Shown here in pieces: positions 28,719 to 39,265 of a DNA stretch of 64,000 nt (the stretch's first letter is position 1; the number at the start of each line of letters is the position of its first letter). The notes under the pieces are model-generated. The model was not told where the DNA came from and ran no database searches. It saw only the letters and a list, made by a program, of their open reading frames with translations. This DNA is from a virus (taxonomy: Duplodnaviria; Caudoviricetes). Both the position numbers and the translations under genes were made by a program. The DNA lies in IMG/VR virus record IMGVR_UViG_3300028591_000005, positions 32,001 to 96,000 of that record, one strand, 5' to 3'.

Positions 28719-31700
28719 TTATTCATTTTCTTCTTCTTCAACTACATCTTGTCCAGTAAATCTATCATGCTGGAGTGCGATTTCATCACCAAGCACCGCC
28801 GCAATCTTATATAACTGATGACCTTCTGTATTCTTATATGTTTTTCCTACGAAAGTATCTTCTCTTCTAAAGCCTGTAATCATCAGCATATTACCTCTCT
28901 TAAACCAACCTTTTTCAACAACCTTTTTAGTTCCATCAGGTTGAATCTGACTTATCTGCTTTTTAAACATAGCATAATAATCTCTAGTAAACTTTACATC
29001 TACTACTCCTGTTGTGGTTAAAAGAGTTACCATACATTTATTATCATTTTTTGCAAGGACAGTTCCCGCAATTCTATACAACTTATAAATAGGAATCTGT
29101 CTACCATTACGCTTATAATAATAATCAATTTGAGGTTCTTCAGATAATTCATTAAAATCAACAATACCATAACGTGCATTATTAATTTCTGCTAATTCAT
29201 GTTTTCCATAATAGAAACATAGTGAAGCCATTTCCCAAGCAGATGTATTTCCACTTGCATATTTATCCCAAACCTCTTTAAAAAGCATCATATTATATTC
29301 ATTAAGAATTTCATCATGATTTTCTTTAAGCCAATCTCTTGCTACATCCATATACTTCTGATAAATTTTATCCCACCTCATCTGAAGAATACATGTAGTT
29401 CCATTAATAACTTCAAGCCAATCAGAATATTCAGCTAAAAACTTTTCAAAGAAAGTTATACAACTATTATCAAAAGTATAATACAATCCAGATTTCTTGA
29501 ACTTCTTTAAATACTTATTGAAGTTAAATACTCTTATTTGCATTTCTAATTTTTCAGGAACAAGAGCATGTTCAATTAATCCATTAAAATTCTGCAAAGT
29601 TAATCTTTTCTTCGGTTCACAAGCAGAATAAAGATAATAAGCCATAATCTGCTTTCTATCTTTTAATACTGTTTCAACTTCATCAAAAGCTCCTGCTTTA
29701 ATTAAATTAATTACCGCAGTCTTAGTTAAAGGACATCTATTCATAAAATCTTTGATTCCAATATAAGGACGATTTGCTTTTATTTTTTCGATAACATCAT
29801 CGCCTATATTACTTAATGCCTTTAATCCATAAAGAATACGATTATGCTCAACATCAGGTTTAAAACCATAATCTGATGTATTTATATTTACTAAAGATAC
29901 TTTAATACCTTTAGACTTAATTGCTCCAATTGCTTTTGCAATCTTTGCATAATCAGAACCTTTTTCTTTCTTTTCTACTGTTCCGTCTTCATCTTCTTCA
30001 TATTCATCATTTTCAAGAGAACCACTATTAACTACAAGACAAGCAGTATCCCAATATATAGGATTCCACTTAGTTGCAATATACGCAGTTTGAAATCCAA
30101 TAAATGAATATGCAAGAGCGTGGATTACAGAGAATGAATAACCCATCTGAGGTCCAATACCGCAATCCCAAACATATTTTCCAAGTGCTGGACTTTTTGC
30201 TTGATCCAATACTTGCTGATGAAGTGCGGGAATCTTGCTCATTTGCTTCTTACCAACTATCTTACGTGCGGCATTCGCATCCTTAAGACTAAAACTACAA
30301 ATGTTTTCATCCATAAGCATAGTCATTAACTGCTCCTGACTAGGTGGAACTCCATGTGACTTAAGGAAATGAGGCTTAAGAGCTTCCATTTCCGCATCGG
30401 TAAGACCATATTTTTTCATTTCATCATACCAAAGATTAATATTATTCTTAAATCGAACATATTTATCCATTGGCTGTTCTTCACCATTATCTCCTGTCAT
30501 AAGACGCATCAAACCATTTGCATCTGCCATTTCAAGAATACTATGCGGTTTGATTTTCTTTGCCGCCTGAGAGCCAACAGTTGAATCAAACTGGAACAGG
30601 TCAAGAACTTTTACTTCCTGGATATTTTTCCAAATATCCTTATCTTCAATCGGAAGAACATTCGGATGAAAATATTTATTATAAACTTCTCTTAAAGTTA
30701 AATCTTTTTCAATTTCACCATTCTCTTGTAGAAACTGAATGGCTTGAACGAGTTTATCTTGGACCTCCGTAACGAGGAAGTCATATTTAGTTAATCCTGC
30801 AGCCTCACACATATGCAGATCATACTGAGTTATAACACTTCCCGAAGGAGTTTTCATGAAACATCCATGCTCATATGGATCTTCATCAAAAAGAATAACT
30901 CCAGATGCGTGAGAACCTCTACGAGAAATGAGTCCCTCGATACCAAGCATAATATCAAGAAGACCAGGATACTGATTAACTTCTGCAATAAACAATGCTA
31001 CGGGTTCTCTATTCTTATCAGGATTTCCATATACAACATCATGAAGATTCCATAAGAATCCTCTCTCTTGAGGAATTAATGATGACATATACTGCGCTGT
31101 ATCTACATCAATTCCATCAGGACACTCATCACTACGATATCCTCTGCAAGCAGTTTGAATTGCGGACTTTGTTGTTTCCGTACCAAAAGTTGCAATAAGA
31201 GTACAACCACAATTCTGCTTAACTACAGAGTCAATACCGTCTATAAAATTCTTTCCTCTCTCTTCTTTTATTTTCTGAAGAATAAGAGGACGCTTTGAAG
31301 GACAAAGGTCAAGGTCAATATCACCAAGCTCAAATCTCTCCTTATTAAGATAACGCCAGAAAGGAAGGTCCCACTCTATAGGATCCAACTGAGTAATACC
31401 AAGAAGATAATGGTTCAGACCTGAGCAAGATGAACCTCTTCCCGCACCTACCATACTTCCACATTCCCAGAATAAATCTACATAATGCTGAAGAGTGATA
31501 GGGTAAGAAAACATATTTGTATCTAATGCTTTACCTATTGTTCTCTTAATATCTGCTTCATATTCAAGACGAGAGATATATTCATCATTATCTTTTTCTA
31601 TTTCTTTTAATTTATCAAGACATTGATTAACCCAATATCTTTCATATTTATCATCTGATTCCAACATACTATAAAGAGTTGGATAAGTTTCTTTTATTTT

Positions 31701-32678
31701 TGCTTCTTGATTAGCTTGAGCAAATTTATATTTAGGATAATCTTTTACTTCAACTTTAGGAATTTGCTGGCTATGAAGAAGACTATAATCTTCTATTTTA
31801 TTATAAATCTCCATACTATTATTGCACATTACTTCATATAAATCAACAATAGAAGGAGTTAAATTTTCAATAATCTCAGCTTCTGTCTGAAGATATGCAT
31901 ATTCATAGAAATCTGCAACTTCACGCTCTCCGCCTTTAGAGTTAAGATATGCTTCATGAACATATCTATCTTCTTTTGTAAGATAATGTGCGTCAGAACC
32001 AATTTCCATTTTTACACCAAAGACATTGGAAAGTTCTGCAATTTTCTTATTTACAATTATCTGTTCTTTGTTTGCGGCGGGTGCTACTTCAAAATAGAAG
32101 TCATCGCCAAAAATATCTTTACACCAAAGAACAAAATCAACTATCTGCTGCTTATACTTTGCTTCTGATGCGGCGTCGCCGGTTCTGCGGGATGACTCTA
32201 ATCCTAAGATGCATGAACCGAGCTCTCCGCCAATACAAGCGGTTGTTGCAATAAGGTGTCCTGGATTCTCTTTTACAATTCTCTTTAGATCTTCTTTAAG
32301 AGTAGGTACTCTTTCAAGACCTCTATCATAATAAGAGTTAAGCCATGCAATAGAAGATAATCTTCTTAACTGACGATGACCTTCCGCATCTTTTGCAATC
32401 AAAATAAAGTGATAGTATTTCTGATTAGAACTTCTATCATTTGTTAAATATATTTCATTTCCTAATGCAATTTTAAAATTGGGATGTTCTTCTTTAATTT
32501 TCTGTGCATAAATGTTTATTTCAGGATGCGCTGACAATATTTCATGATCGGTAATACAAATACCTTTAAGACCTATTTCAATAGCTCTATCTATTAAATC
32601 TTTTGGTTTGTTTATACTATCCAAAATACGAACGTTGCTATAATGAGTATGTGAGTGGATCTCCATTCGAGATTGCAT
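28719..32678 (-). CDS. dnaE: DNA polymerase III alpha subunit
   Basis: PHP domain (HSHTHYS, ITDH), GAGRGSS, DIDLD, HASGV, KYDFL, YSFS..HA; GAGG RBS favours start 32678. Confidence 0.95.
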   Translation of the reverse strand: MQSRMEIHSHTHYSNVRILDSINKPKDLIDRAIEIGLKGICITDHEILSAHPEINIYAQKIKEEHPNFKIALGNEIYLTNDRSSNQKYYHFILIAKDAEGHRQLRRLSSIAWLNSYYDRGLERVPTLKEDLKRIVKENPGHLIATTACIGGELGSCILGLESSRRTGDAASEAKYKQQIVDFVLWCKDIFGDDFYFEVAPAANKEQIIVNKKIAELSNVFGVKMEIGSDAHYLTKEDRYVHEAYLNSKGGEREVADFYEYAYLQTEAEIIENLTPSIVDLYEVMCNNSMEIYNKIEDYSLLHSQQIPKVEVKDYPKYKFAQANQEAKIKETYPTLYSMLESDDKYERYWVNQCLDKLKEIEKDNDEYISRLEYEADIKRTIGKALDTNMFSYPITLQHYVDLFWECGSMVGAGRGSSCSGLNHYLLGITQLDPIEWDLPFWRYLNKERFELGDIDLDLCPSKRPLILQKIKEERGKNFIDGIDSVVKQNCGCTLIATFGTETTKSAIQTACRGYRSDECPDGIDVDTAQYMSSLIPQERGFLWNLHDVVYGNPDKNREPVALFIAEVNQYPGLLDIMLGIEGLISRRGSHASGVILFDEDPYEHGCFMKTPSGSVITQYDLHMCEAAGLTKYDFLVTEVQDKLVQAIQFLQENGEIEKDLTLREVYNKYFHPNVLPIEDKDIWKNIQEVKVLDLFQFDSTVGSQAAKKIKPHSILEMADANGLMRLMTGDNGEEQPMDKYVRFKNNINLWYDEMKKYGLTDAEMEALKPHFLKSHGVPPSQEQLMTMLMDENICSFSLKDANAARKIVGKKQMSKIPALHQQVLDQAKSPALGKYVWDCGIGPQMGYSFSVIHALAYSFIGFQTAYIATKWNPIYWDTACLVVNSGSLENDEYEEDEDGTVEKKEKGSDYAKIAKAIGAIKSKGIKVSLVNINTSDYGFKPDVEHNRILYGLKALSNIGDDVIEKIKANRPYIGIKDFMNRCPLTKTAVINLIKAGAFDEVETVLKDRKQIMAYYLYSACEPKKRLTLQNFNGLIEHALVPEKLEMQIRVFNFNKYLKKFKKSGLYYTFDNSCITFFEKFLAEYSDWLEVINGTTCILQMRWDKIYQKYMDVARDWLKENHDEILNEYNMMLFKEVWDKYASGNTSAWEMASLCFYYGKHELAEINNARYGIVDFNELSEEPQIDYYYKRNGRQIPIYKLYRIAGTVLAKNDNKCMVTLLTTTGVVDVKFTRDYYAMFKKQISQIQPDGTKKVVEKGWFKRGNMLMITGFRREDTFVGKTYKNTEGHQLYKIAAVLGDEIALQHDRFTGQDVVEEEENE

Positions 32679-32682
32679 TTTA

Positions 32683-33393
32683 TTATACCTCAATTTCTTT
32701 ATATGTTCTTTTATACCAAATATCATCAAAAGTACTTTTAGAAATTATTGAAGAATAATCTTGATAAACAATAAAAGCAGATTCTTTTTGCTGTCTTATT
32801 CGTATATCTTTTATTTGTTCTTCAGTTAAAAGTCTTCTTCCTTTAGCACCATTTGCTTTACCTAATGATTCATTTCTCTTTTTATTTTCTTCTGTATATA
32901 CTTCTGGCATAATATTTTGCCAAGTTCTTCCTAGCCAGACTCTGGCAAAACCACTTTCTGTAATTTTATCTTTAAATAATTCATAACATTCTTTTTTAGA
33001 AATTCCTTGATTATATAATTGTCTTATTTTTATTACATCTTCAGTTGTTAATTTTGCTCTTCCATTATTTTCACCAAGACAGTGTCCTTTTATGCTACCA
33101 CCATCTCCACCTAAACTTTCATTATAACCATTAATATAACTATCATAATATTGAATCCAATATTGCTCTCTTTCGCCCGATAGAGAATAATCTTTTAATT
33201 CTTCAATAACTTCGAAAGAAAAATTTTCTAATCCATATTTTCTCATAGCCCTATATAGAGTTTTATCATATTCTTTATGACCTTCTGTAAAAGCTAATCT
33301 TTGATGATCATGCCATCTTCGATCACTATCATTAGTTTTACCAATATAGCATTTTTGATTAATAAGATTAGTAATTTTATATATTCCTTGCAT
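32683..33393 (-). CDS. Free-standing GIY-YIG homing endonuclease
   Basis: GIYKITN...YIG, GYN..GG, repeated 'LTE..I..IR' DNA-binding modules. Confidence 0.85.
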   Translation of the reverse strand: MQGIYKITNLINQKCYIGKTNDSDRRWHDHQRLAFTEGHKEYDKTLYRAMRKYGLENFSFEVIEELKDYSLSGEREQYWIQYYDSYINGYNESLGGDGGSIKGHCLGENNGRAKLTTEDVIKIRQLYNQGISKKECYELFKDKITESGFARVWLGRTWQNIMPEVYTEENKKRNESLGKANGAKGRRLLTEEQIKDIRIRQQKESAFIVYQDYSSIISKSTFDDIWYKRTYKEIEV

Positions 33394-33483
33394 TTAAAAC
33401 CTCCTTTAAGTATCTTTCTTTTCATATGATTTGAAAAATACTCAAAGATAATTATAAAACTTTGACCTTTATTTTATATAAAT

Positions 33484-33512
33484 ATTATATCATATTTTTT
33501 AAAAAATGTCAA
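33484..33512 (-). promoter_or_regulatory. SigA-type promoter (class I)
   Basis: TTGACA-17-TATAAT, TG, downstream ATTTATATAA. Confidence 0.8.
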
Positions 33513-33577
33513 ATTTAATAAGGGAGAGCCAAAACTCTCCCATTAAAGAGGTGAAAACTTATGAATTATTAAATAAT

Positions 33578-33829
33578 TTAAAGATCTTTTATTTCTTCAT
33601 CAATTTCTTTTATTCGTTTAGTAATTACCTGCTTAATAGCAGATTTTAATTCTTCTTGTGTCTTTTTATCAAAAGAGATAAAAGAGATTTCTCCAACGCT
33701 ATTATAAAAAAATGATAATTTTTTTAAACGGATATGGGGATATGGATAACCAAATATTCTATCTAAAAAACATAATTTATCTTTTGATTCTAACAAATCT
33801 GTTGCTTTTTTATAATTTTCAATTTTCAT
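33578..33829 (-). CDS. Hypothetical protein
   Basis: 83 aa, AAGGAG RBS. Confidence 0.55.
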   Translation of the reverse strand: MKIENYKKATDLLESKDKLCFLDRIFGYPYPHIRLKKLSFFYNSVGEISFISFDKKTQEELKSAIKQVITKRIKEIDEEIKDL

Positions 33830-34269
33830 TTATTCTCCTTAATTGGATATTCCAATTCTTTACAATTAAAAAATCTTTGTAAAACTCCTCTTTCGCTACA
33901 TAAATTTTTAGGTGTTTCATAAACTATCAAAACAATAGTATCAGCATTAAATTTATTACAGCAATACTCAAATGCTTTTAAAGTTTTTTCTTTGTCAACA
34001 AGAGTATTGAGTAAATGTTCATATTCAATCATTGTAGGACATGCGGGAGCCAGCTCTCGGTGTTCACAGGGACATCCACATGTTCCATGGAGCTGAACTA
34101 TAAGCGGTTCATAGCGGAGCCCGCATACGATTCCTCTTTTGTCAATATAATATTCTTGACCTTCGGGAGGACGATACCATATTGGGTCACTTATACAAGT
34201 AGACACAGGAATCATATTTTTTGTAAAATTTCTTATTTGATAGAAATAACTTGTTTTAATATTTATCAT
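33826..34269 (-). CDS. DUF488-like protein
   Basis: 'IKTSYF...' N-terminus, 'IVLIVYETP...CSER' C-terminal motif. Confidence 0.5.
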   Translation of the reverse strand: MINIKTSYFYQIRNFTKNMIPVSTCISDPIWYRPPEGQEYYIDKRGIVCGLRYEPLIVQLHGTCGCPCEHRELAPACPTMIEYEHLLNTLVDKEKTLKAFEYCCNKFNADTIVLIVYETPKNLCSERGVLQRFFNCKELEYPIKENK

Positions 34270-34606
34270 TGTATTTTAAAAATATATCATAATTAAGCCA
34301 ATATTTTTCATCATGTTCTTTAATTTTATTTATATCTGTATACCAATCAGCTGCGGATATAAATAAAAAATCTCCAATTGTTTTAACACATCTATCATCA
34401 TATAAAAGAGCAATACAAGCAGCTCCTTTTAATTCTTTAATATCCTTTATTTTCAATATATTAAAAAGTTTATCAATATCTTCAGGATATACTGGAAAAA
34501 GACAACCTCCACTATTAAGTTTTAATTCAAGATCTAATTCAACAATATCATTTTCATTTTTGCGTAGCCACCAATTTTCTATTCTTGCATTAACTATATT
34601 TGTCAT
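34256..34606 (-). CDS. Hypothetical protein
   Basis: 116 aa, overlapping neighbours. Confidence 0.55.
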   Translation of the reverse strand: MTNIVNARIENWWLRKNENDIVELDLELKLNSGGCLFPVYPEDIDKLFNILKIKDIKELKGAACIALLYDDRCVKTIGDFLFISAADWYTDINKIKEHDEKYWLNYDIFLKYNDKY

Positions 34607-34845
34607 CTTAACTGAACCTCTCCAAGATTTAAATCATCATCTCTAAATATTTTATATCCATTAAATAAGGCGATACATTTATTAGGTTCATTTTTAGAAA
34701 TTTGTTGAAAATTTTTACTTAAAGAATATATAGTATCATTACTCATAATAAGAATAGGTTCATGTAAATAATGATATTTAAATTCTTCACATTTAGATTC
34801 TAAATTATTAATATTTATTGTAATAGGTAATTTTACTGTAATCAT
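34603..34845 (-). CDS. Hypothetical protein
   Basis: Start at 34845 (MITVK) via TAATG coupling. Confidence 0.55.
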   Translation of the reverse strand: MITVKLPITININNLESKCEEFKYHYLHEPILIMSNDTIYSLSKNFQQISKNEPNKCIALFNGYKIFRDDDLNLGEVQLR

Positions 34846-35063
34846 TATATGTTCCTTCCCTGGTTTATTCCAGTTATTATACATAATATAAGCCAAATAC
34901 CTGTAGAATATTTCCAAGAAAACTCCCAATTAAAGCATAGAGTTATAAGTTTTATAATACCACAAGTAGTTATCCAACTAAAAGCAAGAAATACAATCAT
35001 AGCAAGGATAAAAACAAGTCCATATATCCAAGCACTTTTTCCATTTTTTCTAATTTCACCCAT
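34845..35063 (-). CDS. Small membrane protein
   Basis: 72 aa with two hydrophobic segments. Confidence 0.55.
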   Translation of the reverse strand: MGEIRKNGKSAWIYGLVFILAMIVFLAFSWITTCGIIKLITLCFNWEFSWKYSTGIWLILCIITGINQGRNI

Positions 35064-35068
35064 AATTT

Positions 35069-35308
35069 TTACCCTATAAAATCTTTTAACTCCTGCTCTC
35101 CAAAGTTATTATATTTAATCTTTTTAATAGCGACTCTAGATGCGCTTCCAATATTAATTTTCTTTTCAACAGAAGCATTAATATATTTGAAAAAGGCAAG
35201 AATAAAGAATTTATAATCATAATAAAATTCTCTGCCAAGTATTCCATTTACAACTACACTGTACTTAGGATTTTTACACATTCTCTCTATCGCCCATTCG
35301 TCTCTCAT
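35069..35308 (-). CDS. Hypothetical protein
   Basis: 79 aa in operon. Confidence 0.5.
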   Translation of the reverse strand: MRDEWAIERMCKNPKYSVVVNGILGREFYYDYKFFILAFFKYINASVEKKINIGSASRVAIKKIKYNNFGEQELKDFIG

Positions 35309-35894
35309 TTTTATTCACCCCTTCTTTTAAGCTATGTTCTGTTTGATAATCTATTGTTAATCTATGATAATTTTCTACTTTTGCTAACATTCCAGTTTCA
35401 ATTAATCTACCTAAATTTGCGGGGTAGTATTTTACAACATTTGCTGCAAAATTTATATGTGTCACTTTATTACATCTTTCAGTTAAATGAAAATTAGGTC
35501 CTCCATGTTGATGTCCATGAAGATTTATACAAAAATCTTCAAGTCCAAATATTGGTTCATGACTTAAAAGAATCCTATCTGCAATAAAAAGTGGACCATT
35601 ATATATTTCATCAAAATGAGATGCAACTTTACTTAATACATCATGATTACCAGTAATAAGTACTTTGTAGCATTTAAGCTCATCAAGATATTCTGCATTA
35701 CCCACGTCACCTAAATGAATAAGAGTATCTCCTTTATGAACGAAACTTTTAATAAGTTCCATATGCTCCTGTGGAGATATCCACTCAGGATCCATGAGTT
35801 TACAATCAGAATCGTCAAAATGAGTATCTGATACAATCCACACAGAACCTGTTGCAGACCATCTTTGAAATTGTGGGTAAAGTGTTCTTATCAT
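35274..35894 (-). CDS. Calcineurin-like metallophosphoesterase
   Basis: SDTH, HLGD, GNHD, SHEP, HGHQH motifs. Confidence 0.9.
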   Translation of the reverse strand: MIRTLYPQFQRWSATGSVWIVSDTHFDDSDCKLMDPEWISPQEHMELIKSFVHKGDTLIHLGDVGNAEYLDELKCYKVLITGNHDVLSKVASHFDEIYNGPLFIADRILLSHEPIFGLEDFCINLHGHQHGGPNFHLTERCNKVTHINFAANVVKYYPANLGRLIETGMLAKVENYHRLTIDYQTEHSLKEGVNKNERRMGDRENV

Positions 35895-35952
35895 TTTTTA
35901 ATTCCTTTTTTATTATATAAATATTATAATATATTTTTTAAAAATTGTCAAA

Positions 35953-35983
35953 CTACCTCATTATGACAAGCTTCTCTGATGCA
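35953..35983 (-). repeat. Duplicate of helicase 3' end (ASEKLVIMR*)
   Basis: 31-bp direct repeat of 36259-36289 with three synonymous differences. Confidence 0.85.
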
Positions 35984-36232
35984 TTATATTAAATAAAATT
36001 CTGCTTTTCCTATATTAGCGCAAGACTTAAAACGTTCGGCAATTGCTTCTCGTCCCCAAGCACTTTTAGTAAATTCTGCATCACAATAAACTATGTTAAA
36101 TCTTTGACCTAAAAATATTGAAGTTGATTTAGGATTATATTTAGCTATTACAATTCTAAATCTATTATTGTTAATTTCTTTCCATTCATTCTCACCTTCT
36201 GTATATAATATATAAAGAATATTTTCTATCAT
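35984..36232 (-). CDS. Hypothetical protein in an inserted cassette
   Basis: 82 aa, GAGG RBS, flanked by the direct repeat. Confidence 0.6.
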   Translation of the reverse strand: MIENILYILYTEGENEWKEINNNRFRIVIAKYNPKSTSIFLGQRFNIVYCDAEFTKSAWGREAIAERFKSCANIGKAEFYLI

Positions 36233-36258
36233 TATTTATTTCCTCTTTTTATAATAAA

Positions 36259-37443
36259 TTACCTCATTATAACAAGCTTCTCTGACGCACGAGTAGCAGC
36301 TGTATATAGCCAACGCTGGTGTTCATCTTTTACAAACGGAAATTGTTCTTCTACAACCAAAACCTTATCCCACTCACTGCCTTGAGATTTGTGGCACGTA
36401 ATCGCGTATCCATATGTAAAAGCTCTAGGTGTAATATCTCCAATACGCATCTTAAGTTTACCAAGAGCATAGGATTCACGCCAATCAAGAAAAGGTTCAC
36501 CTGTTAATATTAAAGTTTTATCCATATCTACTTGAGAGAACTGTTCTCCATCTTCAGATATAAAATCTCCCTTAATAAGTGGGATGCGATGATTTCGCAT
36601 CTTAACATATCGAGGAGCATCTCTAAAAGTTTCAAATGGATTACGAATTATTCCAGTCATACCATTTACCAAGGCAAGTTCTCCAGAATTAGATATATCC
36701 TCCCAATAATTGCGAAGACAAATCATTTTTTCCCCGTCATGTGGCAATGCTCCTTCAAAACCTAATAAACTCCGCATTTGATTATTTATGTTTATCCTTG
36801 TAGCATTGGTAGCGCAGATAATTTGGTCTGCCCATTGAAGATGTCCAGTTACAAGTTCCTGCTTGGGAATAACCATGACCTCTTTACCTTGCATATAAGG
36901 AAGTTCTTCACCATTACGAATCTTCATCGTAAGCTGAATAATCTCAGACTCAGCCGCTTGACGCATAATCTCGTCAAGAAATACATGAGGATGGTCAAGA
37001 AGATCATGGGACTCATTCTTGTCAATCATCGGCAACTGACCAGGATCTCCTAAGAAGATGATAAATACTTTATGACGTAGAAGCATATCTATCATAGACT
37101 TAGGTACCATAGATACCTCATCTACAACTATAATAGTATACTCTAGTACCTGTTTAGGAATACGATAAAATCCACCGCCCGCACGAGGTACACTATCATA
37201 AAGCAATTTATGTAAAGTCATAGCATTTTCATTTCCTTTACGACGAAGCACTTCTGCGGCTTTACCAGTAAATGAAGCATATGCTACTTTTCTTTTGTCA
37301 ACATCAAGGGCTTCAATGATAAATTTAACTAGGGTAGTTTTACCACTACCAGCATACCCGGAAATTACTACATACTTTTCATTATTCTTATGTCTATCTA
37401 ATGCAATTTTAAGACCTTCTTCTTGTTTAGTAGTTAATGTCAT
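36259..37443 (-). CDS. SF1B (Dda/RecD-like) DNA helicase
   Basis: GYAGSGKT, VDEVSM, LGDPGQL, IMRQ, YAITCHKSQGSEW, LYTAATRA. Confidence 0.9.
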   Translation of the reverse strand: MTLTTKQEEGLKIALDRHKNNEKYVVISGYAGSGKTTLVKFIIEALDVDKRKVAYASFTGKAAEVLRRKGNENAMTLHKLLYDSVPRAGGGFYRIPKQVLEYTIIVVDEVSMVPKSMIDMLLRHKVFIIFLGDPGQLPMIDKNESHDLLDHPHVFLDEIMRQAAESEIIQLTMKIRNGEELPYMQGKEVMVIPKQELVTGHLQWADQIICATNATRININNQMRSLLGFEGALPHDGEKMICLRNYWEDISNSGELALVNGMTGIIRNPFETFRDAPRYVKMRNHRIPLIKGDFISEDGEQFSQVDMDKTLILTGEPFLDWRESYALGKLKMRIGDITPRAFTYGYAITCHKSQGSEWDKVLVVEEQFPFVKDEHQRWLYTAATRASEKLVIMR

Positions 37444-37517
37444 TTTTAATATCCTCTTCCATTTTTCTTACATAAATATTATATCATAATTTTTATAAAA
37501 AGTCAAAAAGGGAGACC

Positions 37518-38318
37518 TTAGTCTCCCTTTAAAACTATATCTAACAATTCTTCTGACAAATATCTCTCAAGAATTTTTAAATTATCCTGTCCAGTTCCTT
37601 TAAAGAATTCTTCTGCCACACCTCCGCCAATAGCACCAAGTGTATCCATATCACAAGGAAGTGACATTACATTTCTCATAAAACCTTCCCAATTATTTGA
37701 CTCAAGGAAACATCTCATGGCGGGAGCTACTGAACCTTGACAAGTAACATCCCATTTATAGATATCTCTCATTTCACTCAAGTCTAATGAAATAGGATAT
37801 TTATATTTATCTATATTACTGTAAAATCTTTTTATATAATCAAAGATTTCTACTTTTGTTTTTCCATGCTTTGCCGCCCATACACAAACTGCGGTAACGC
37901 ATGCTCCTTTGATTCCTTCAGGGTGGTTATGCGTCACCATTGCAGAGCGTTTAGTTTGCTCAACAACATCATTTATATCATCATAATATTCGCCAATAAA
38001 AGAGCATCGCATAGCAGAACCATTGCCAAAGGATCCATAAGGTTGAGGTTTTGGAGACTGAAGCCATTCTTTAAATTTAGGACCGTAGCCTGAAGTGTAT
38101 TTATTTCCAAATTCGTAATAAGCATTAAAAAAATCTGGATTCTTTGGGTTCTTAAGTATTGCATCTTTTGTCGCAATACTTAAGATAGTATCATCAGTAA
38201 ATCTACATTTATCTGTAAAAAGAGGCACATTCTGCCAGTCTAAATCTATTGGACGCATACGAGAAAACTCATATTGAGAACCGCTTATATCACCGAGTAT
38301 CGCTCCTATTAATGCCAT
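37518..38318 (-). CDS. ADP-ribosylglycohydrolase (DraG/ARH family)
   Basis: GAILGD, FTDDT, SFGNGSAMR, THNHPEG, DMDT. Confidence 0.9.
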   Translation of the reverse strand: MALIGAILGDISGSQYEFSRMRPIDLDWQNVPLFTDKCRFTDDTILSIATKDAILKNPKNPDFFNAYYEFGNKYTSGYGPKFKEWLQSPKPQPYGSFGNGSAMRCSFIGEYYDDINDVVEQTKRSAMVTHNHPEGIKGACVTAVCVWAAKHGKTKVEIFDYIKRFYSNIDKYKYPISLDLSEMRDIYKWDVTCQGSVAPAMRCFLESNNWEGFMRNVMSLPCDMDTLGAIGGGVAEEFFKGTGQDNLKILERYLSEELLDIVLKGD

Positions 38319-38514
38319 TTTGTTCCTCCCATATTTTAATTCCTTTTGCTATTTCTTCTGCTGAATTTACTTGAACACGAGACCAATCTGCATTAAGGAT
38401 AGCTTCATCCATGCACATTTCTATCATGTTCCATAATTCTTCTTCCCAATCTTCATCCTTAATCATCTCTGGTTTAGGATGTTCTTCGAAATAAGTACTA
38501 TCTAAATATACCAT
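38290..38514 (-). CDS. Small acidic hypothetical protein
   Basis: 74 aa. Confidence 0.55.
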   Translation of the reverse strand: MVYLDSTYFEEHPKPEMIKDEDWEEELWNMIEMCMDEAILNADWSRVQVNSAEEIAKGIKIWEEQNGINRSDTR

Positions 38515-38571
38515 ATTAAAATCCCCATTGACTTAATATATCTTAAGAGGAAGGTTTTTAATCTTCCTTTT

Positions 38572-39261
38572 TTAATCTTCTATATATTTCCAATGATATC
38601 CACCAGATGTTTGGTATATTCCTCTGCAAGCAGATGCAATATTTTGATGTTTAATTCCTAATTCTTGTTCTGCTTGTCTGGTTGATTCAAAAATTTTATT
38701 TAATTCTATACAAAAACATTTTTTACCTCTGCCATGTTTTTGATAATTAGGATTTTTATCTCCTTGCATATCTAAGCTATGTTGATGTTTCCATTCTTCT
38801 GTATGAATATGTCCTTTAAAAAGACTTTCTTGATTTTTCATTCTATCACTTAATTCTTCTTTAAATTTTTTACCATCTGCTGTTTTATACCATTCTTTTT
38901 TTATTTTACTTTGTTTAGTCTTCCATTCTTCAGAAGGAGTCCATCCGGACAAGCCATCTCCGCCTTCTGTATAATTATAATTATCCTTATCTTCGTAAGC
39001 ATTATAGTATTTTATCCAATATTTTTCTTTTTCATTAATAACTTTATCATAAATATTAAGAGGTACTTCTTCAATAATTTCAAAAGTAAAATTTTCTATT
39101 CCATATTGTCGAATACTATTATATAAATGTCTTTTATTTTCAATGTCATTTTTTGCAATACTTTTATGATGACTCCATCTATGCTCAATATTTTTTGCTT
39201 TGCCTATATATAAATTATGAGTAATTATATTTTCAATTTTATAAATACCAGCATGACTCAT
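38572..39261 (-). CDS. Free-standing GIY-YIG homing endonuclease (NUMOD3/NUMOD1-type tail)
   Basis: GIYKIEN...YIG, YN.TEGG, HTEEWK, 'FES...A...I...C.G...GGYHW'. Confidence 0.85.
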   Translation of the reverse strand: MSHAGIYKIENIITHNLYIGKAKNIEHRWSHHKSIAKNDIENKRHLYNSIRQYGIENFTFEIIEEVPLNIYDKVINEKEKYWIKYYNAYEDKDNYNYTEGGDGLSGWTPSEEWKTKQSKIKKEWYKTADGKKFKEELSDRMKNQESLFKGHIHTEEWKHQHSLDMQGDKNPNYQKHGRGKKCFCIELNKIFESTRQAEQELGIKHQNIASACRGIYQTSGGYHWKYIED

Positions 39262-39265
39262 TTAA

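Noticed and set aside
33547-33571. Plus-strand GAGGTG RBS with ATG
   Set aside because: Reads only MNY(Y)-stop; likely chance or a remnant
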